Source: an uncultured virus (IMG/VR IMGVR_UViG_3300029305_007917)
Taxonomy: Duplodnaviria > Heunggongvirae > Uroviricota > Caudoviricetes
Direction: 5' to 3' (one strand)
Length of the DNA stretch: 20,000 bases
IMG/VR virus record: IMGVR_UViG_3300029305_007917
Shown here: piece by piece, positions 15,874 through 20,000 of the stretch
Layout: each line of letters begins with the position of its first letter
Numbering within the stretch: the first letter of the stretch is position 1
Translations under genes and position numbers: made by a program
Notes under the pieces: model-generated
What the model was told of the DNA's origin: nothing
The model's database searches: none
The model's input: only the letters and a program-made list of their open reading frames with translations

Positions 15874-16954
15874 TGTCATTCTCCAAATAATTTAATATCT
15901 GCATAGCAATAGCCTTGCCCAATAATGGAGGCACTGCATTACCCACTTGTTTATATTGTTCTTGTTTATTTCCAACAAATATAAAATCATCCGGGAAACT
16001 TTGTAATCTTGCATTTTCTCTCACTGTTGGGATGCGATTGTACTTGTAATGGAAATGAGTTCGATGTCCGGTATCAATAGTTAGAGAAGGCTTTTTGCTT
16101 GAGTATCTATGTAAGCTCTCATGATATTTGAAATTCTTCGCTAATTCAGGGGGTAAATCCGTATATTTTCCTCCATCTGGAACCAATTTCAAATGTGATA
16201 TTGTTTTTTCTGTATGTTTAGTTGGCGCGTGATTATATACTCTTTTAGAGTTCTTACGCATTATCTTTTGATATTCAGTCAAAGGTTCTACCGGGTAGTC
16301 TCTCACAGTAGAAACACTAAAATCTGTTTCACCTTCCAAGGACGGTAAGTCCCCAATTGCATCTTCGCAAGTTACATAGTTATCTTCTGTAAACGAGGGC
16401 ATGGGATATTCAAATTGGTCTTCTGAATTTAAGATTCCTACAAAAAAGGCTCTTTTTCTAATCTGTGGGACACCGTAATCCGGAGCATAAAGAACTTTAA
16501 CATTCATTGTATAACCAAGATTTTGAAAATCCGTAAATATTTTTTCTTTACCCATACCATTATACAGAGTAAGCATACCCGGAACGTTTTCCAATACAAC
16601 AAATCGAGGTTTCAATTTTTCTGCAGTTTTTACCATTGCCTCATACAAGGTGTTTCTTTTATCTCCTTCCTCACGTTTACCCGCAAGAGAAAAACCCTGA
16701 CAAGGGGGTCCACCCACAAGAACATCAAGAGTTAAGTTTTGTGCATTTAGCTCATCAATAATACACTGAATATTATCGTGGTTAAAAAGGTCTAATTTCA
16801 TTGGCTTCGCTGAACCGTGATTCTTGCCAAAGGTTTCTAATGCCGCATTATCGAAATCAACACCTAATACTACATTAAAACCTGCATCATAAAAACCACG
16901 GGAAAGTCCTCCGGCCCCTGAAAACAAGTCAATACAATTATACTTTCTTTCCAT
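15860..16954 (-). CDS. DNA (cytosine-5)-methyltransferase 1
   Basis: DLFSGAGG, GGPPCQGFS, ENVPG, QIRKR, RENARLQSFPD, VGNAVPP. Confidence 0.95.
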   Translation of the reverse strand: MERKYNCIDLFSGAGGLSRGFYDAGFNVVLGVDFDNAALETFGKNHGSAKPMKLDLFNHDNIQCIIDELNAQNLTLDVLVGGPPCQGFSLAGKREEGDKRNTLYEAMVKTAEKLKPRFVVLENVPGMLTLYNGMGKEKIFTDFQNLGYTMNVKVLYAPDYGVPQIRKRAFFVGILNSEDQFEYPMPSFTEDNYVTCEDAIGDLPSLEGETDFSVSTVRDYPVEPLTEYQKIMRKNSKRVYNHAPTKHTEKTISHLKLVPDGGKYTDLPPELAKNFKYHESLHRYSSKKPSLTIDTGHRTHFHYKYNRIPTVRENARLQSFPDDFIFVGNKQEQYKQVGNAVPPLLGKAIAMQILNYLENDNEKV

Positions 16955-16994
16955 GATATTACCTCGTTCAACAACTGATTTTTTCGTAAATTAT

Positions 16995-17024
16995 ATTATA
17001 TCATAAAAATGCACATTTTGTCGA
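16995..17024 (-). promoter_or_regulatory. Promoter of the RM operon
   Basis: Minus strand TCGACA-18 bp-TATAAT with TGn extended -10. Confidence 0.55.
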
Positions 17025-17049
17025 TAAAAATTGAAAATTAATCTCAATT

Positions 17050-17526
17050 TTACAAATTTATGACTTCAACACCATTTTCTTTTGCATACTTGACAGTGTA
17101 AGCCGTGCCACCTGTGTTTTTAGTAAGATAGCTGATACAAAGGCTACTGTTATCTACCAAATGACGATTACGCTTGAACATACATTCCGGGGTGTAGTTC
17201 TTTTCAACATAAACCACCTTGTTTGCCTTTTTAAGAATGTCATTGAATACTTTGACATCCTTTTCCAACCACCCCTTAAATTGGTCGTAGCAAGGCAGAA
17301 CGAGGATAAGCTTTACTTGTGGGTGTTTTTCTTGAAGTGACAATACTGTCAGTGCCGCAAGTGTGTCAAATCCCAAAGCTCCTCCACAGCCAAAGTAACA
17401 ATAACCCTGACTGATTAAATCCTCAAGTAAATCTGTCAACTGTATTTTTAAGGCTTCATAGCGGTCCTGTGGAATGACTCTGTGACCGGTAAAGCAAACT
17501 GTATGTAAGCGCTTCTCGTCAACCAT
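17050..17526 (-). CDS. SLOG-superfamily protein (DUF1273/YspA-like)
   Basis: VCFTGHR, GGALGFD, RNRHLVDNS, GGTAYTVKYA. Confidence 0.88.
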   Translation of the reverse strand: MVDEKRLHTVCFTGHRVIPQDRYEALKIQLTDLLEDLISQGYCYFGCGGALGFDTLAALTVLSLQEKHPQVKLILVLPCYDQFKGWLEKDVKVFNDILKKANKVVYVEKNYTPECMFKRNRHLVDNSSLCISYLTKNTGGTAYTVKYAKENGVEVINL

Positions 17527-17528
17527 AA

Positions 17529-17912
17529 TCAATCATCCATAAACATTAAATATTCAGCTTCACGACCTAAAAGTCGTTTTCTTATTTTATCGTCCTTTTC
17601 TTGCAGAAGAACAATCATCCTATCGATGATTTTTTGAACATCACCATCGGTATAGCGTTTATCAAAACAACCATATCCTGAAAAATGGTCTTCCCGCAAA
17701 AGCATAGTCAGTAATGCACAGCATAAATCAAAATCTGCAGTATCGACACGCATTAACTCTTCATCACAATTAATGGGTGCTGTTGTCATAAAATCATAAT
17801 AGTTATATTTTATTAAACCTTCTTTTTCTAAAAGTTCATAGTAGTAATCTGAAAAGCAACAAGGCATCTGTGGTTTGATTTTCAGCTTTTCAATCATTTC
17901 TTTGATAGCCAT
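17529..17912 (-). CDS. Small helical protein (DUF6508-like, tentative)
   Basis: LLTMLLREDHF..G.F.....DG.V..II pattern; RBS GGAAGGTG; own promoter. Confidence 0.65.
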   Translation of the reverse strand: MAIKEMIEKLKIKPQMPCCFSDYYYELLEKEGLIKYNYYDFMTTAPINCDEELMRVDTADFDLCCALLTMLLREDHFSGYGCFDKRYTDGDVQKIIDRMIVLLQEKDDKIRKRLLGREAEYLMFMDD

Positions 17913-17956
17913 AAAGTAACAGCACCTTCCTTCTGTTTCCCATAAAATACAAATAT

Positions 17957-17985
17957 ATTATAAACATCTTAATAGCATTAGTCAA
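17957..17985 (-). promoter_or_regulatory. SigA promoter for the 17529..17912 / SLOG operon
   Basis: Minus strand TTGACT-17 bp-TATAAT. Confidence 0.7.
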
Positions 17986-18110
17986 TTGCAGTATGTAGGT
18001 TCAGTCCCATTTTTCGGTCTTATAATTTCAAAAAAATTTTTTATAATACACAAACCCTAATAACATCAAGGGTTATGAGATTTTTTGAAAAGAAATCGCA
18101 AAAATAGGGG

Positions 18111-18165
18111 TTGACAAAATCAAAAACCATCGCTACAATAGTAAGCACAACAGAACAAATGTTCG
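18111..18165 (+). promoter_or_regulatory. SigA promoter with a Firmicutes LexA (SOS/Cheo) box
   Basis: TTGACA-17 bp-TACAAT (18111-18139), then AGAACAAATGTTCG (GAAC-N4-GTTC) at 18152-18165. Confidence 0.8.
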
Positions 18166-18202
18166 CTTAACAAGGGCAACATAAGAAACAAAGGAGGATG
18201 CA

Positions 18203-18476
18203 ATGGTTTTAACCTACCAAGAATTAAATGACATGGCTCAAAAAATAGTTGATGAATATCGTAGCCCCAACGACCACCCATACATCAACGTTAATATTGA
18301 AGAGCTCTTTAAAAAGTTGTACAACCTAAAATTTAAGTTTTGCGACTTGAGTGGCAACAGTTCCGTATTGGGACTTTTTTCATCTATACCTATAAGGTTC
18401 ACCATTAAAGAAAATGGTATCTCCACTCTCATTCAACTTGATGGGCAAACTGCCCTCATTGATGAAAGCCTCTTGC
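18203..18476 (+). pseudogene. 5' fragment of an ImmA/IrrE-like metallopeptidase gene
   Basis: AGGAGG RBS; VNIEEL...L.F.F.DLS...SVLG...TALIDESLL resembles the ImmA/IrrE N-terminus; no HExxH because the frame runs into antisense qatD sequence. Confidence 0.55.
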
Positions 18477-18940
18477 ATCATTTTTATGCTTCCACTATAC
18501 CAATGTATAATTGCTTTTGTCACATTGTTTTTTTTCAGTATGTCAAAAGCCTCTTTTTCAGAATTGCGTACATGAACTGAAAGAATTTTGTGTTTTGCTG
18601 CAGATTCTTTGCATATAAAATCAAAAATTTCCATCTGCTTATTTTTGGTGTCAATATACTTTTTTGAAAAATCAAGACCAACTTCACCAATGTATTTAGT
18701 TGTTGACAATTGATGTAAAAACAATCTTTTATTGAAATTCACCACTTTGATTTGCTGTGGATTAAAACCAAGAGCGAATTTAATAAATTTACTTTCAGGA
18801 TATATCTTTTTGCACGAATAATAAATCTCAGGAGTGTTTGTTACACAAAGAGTGTATTGTTCCAATTTATTGATTTCTCTATACCAATATTCATGATTAC
18901 TATAATGATCTAAATGAAAATGGGTATCAATCAGTTTCAT
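18470..18940 (-). pseudogene. qatD: TatD-family nuclease (QatD-like), 3' truncated
   Basis: IDTHFHLD, VTNTP, ALGFNP, IGEVGLDFS, ILSVHVR, IIHWYSG; lacks the C-terminal FSIN/ETD part; read-through ORF ends at 18380. Confidence 0.75.
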
Positions 18941-18944
18941 ATAA

Positions 18945-19703
18945 TCACTCCATTATTGCTTTAAGTTTTGGATCTTTTGAAAACATTTTATATAAATCAT
19001 CAATGGATTTTTTATACAAACTCAAAAATTTCAGTGATTCTTCATCATTTAAATGTCCTGTCCCGCGAATTCTATTTAAAATTTCTTGATCTGTAGATTT
19101 TTTTGCTAAAGCAACAGAACTTATCAAATCGACTAAATCCGAGCGCGTATTATTAGTTCCATTCAAATAGTGATTATATGAAATCGCATCAGGGGTTTTA
19201 TACTTATCTTGAGGCAATGTAAGGTCTAATAAAGAAGATTGACGAATCAAACAGGGATAACAATATCCACAATTACTAGGGGCCGAATCACCTTTCCAAC
19301 GACCGTTTTTGGGATGAGAACAAGAAATGGTTAAATGTATTTTGTTTAAAAAACCATCAAAATCTTTAAGATTTTGAACCATTTCTCTCTTTGTTAGAAA
19401 AGCGTAAGGATTTGAAACACAATGGCTTATACCTAATTTGGATAAAATAGAATTAAATGATTTTAAAAAATAGGGATGCGTCGTCCTTGTGCTACAACTG
19501 CCTTTTCTGCTTGCTGTAAGTGGTAAATTCAAACCAATAAATCCATTTTCAGGAATATAAACCGGTGTATTATCTCCAATTAAATCGGCAATACAAATAG
19601 CAGCACTCAAAAATAAAAATGACCTGCTTCTACTCGTGTTTTCTGTTTTCGCAAAATCCGAATATAAAGGTTTATAGGCTCTGGCTGAAAAAGAAAAAAA
19701 CAT
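18945..19703 (-). pseudogene. qatC: QueC-like Qat protein QatC, 5' truncated
   Basis: ENTSRSRSFLF, PENGFIGLNLPL...STRTTHP, NPY..LTK.EM, SCSH, CGYCYPCLIR; no SGGxDS PP-loop and an in-frame stop at 19791-19793. Confidence 0.78.
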
Positions 19704-19873
19704 AGATACATAATAGTTTTTTGCAGAAATTCTTAAACGACCACATGTTGACCCATAGTCTTTTATGTAACACTTGGATTTATTGGTATTTTATCGCTTT
19801 AAAAAGCATTTTGAGTGGACTGAATAGCACGGTTTACTGGGATTTTGGACTATTCAGAACATTAAAAAATGCG

Positions 19874-19918
19874 TTTGGGAGCAAGATGTCGGGGGTTCAA
19901 ATCCCTTCACTCCGACCA
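19874..19918 (+). mobile_element. Probable att site: 3' half of tRNA-Pro(TGG)
   Basis: TTTGGGA anticodon loop, GCAAG, T arm GGGGG-TTCAAAT-CCCTT, CACTCCG-A-CCA; no 5' anticodon strand, D arm or 5' acceptor strand upstream. Confidence 0.8.
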
Positions 19919-19959
19919 AAAACGATTGAAAACCATTGGTTTTCAGTCGTTTTTCTTTT
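19918..19959 (+). terminator. Terminator downstream of the tRNA fragment
   Basis: AAAAACGATTGAAAACC-ATT-GGTTTTCAGTCGTTTTT hairpin. Confidence 0.75.
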
Positions 19960-20000
19960 ATTGCTTTAGTTGTTGATTGGTGATATAATCAACTCAACAA

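Noticed and set aside
17975..17985. TTGACTAATGC shared by the promoters at 7525 (+) and 17985 (-)
   Set aside because: Six of the 11 bases are the -35 element, so the rest could match by chance.
18203..18580. Intact 125-aa and 186-aa genes overlapping convergently
   Set aside because: Both C-termini are antisense read-through past the junction near 18470.
19845..19918. Intact tRNA-Pro gene
   Set aside because: No 5' acceptor strand, D arm or 5' anticodon stem.
19721..19969. 82-aa ORF
   Set aside because: No RBS; it runs through the att region, tRNA fragment and terminator.

Overview
AT-rich DNA, Clostridia/Firmicutes-like by its promoters, RBSs and SOS box. It is most likely the right-hand part of a composite genomic island ending at a 3' fragment of tRNA-Pro(TGG) at 19874-19918. 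Left to right: (1) a + strand serine-recombinase cluster (partial large recombinase, a short catalytically degenerate resolvase-domain protein, a full 521-aa recombinase); (2) a convergent 5-gene operon: a 657-aa serine recombinase whose uncharacterised C-terminal domain recurs as two stand-alone genes, then two ParB-like proteins; (3) HTH regulators and small Cys-rich/phage-like genes; (4) a ~600-bp non-coding hub with two phased repeat arrays, several hairpins and a strong promoter driving a highly structured leader with terminator/anti-terminator alternatives; (5) an LlaJI-type restriction-modification operon (two C5 MTases, McrB-like, McrC-like); (6) a SLOG plus small helical protein pair; (7) an SOS-boxed ImmA/IrrE-like gene fragment joined to remnants of a Qat anti-phage system (qatC, qatD). 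All family assignments come from motifs recognised by eye; no searches were run.
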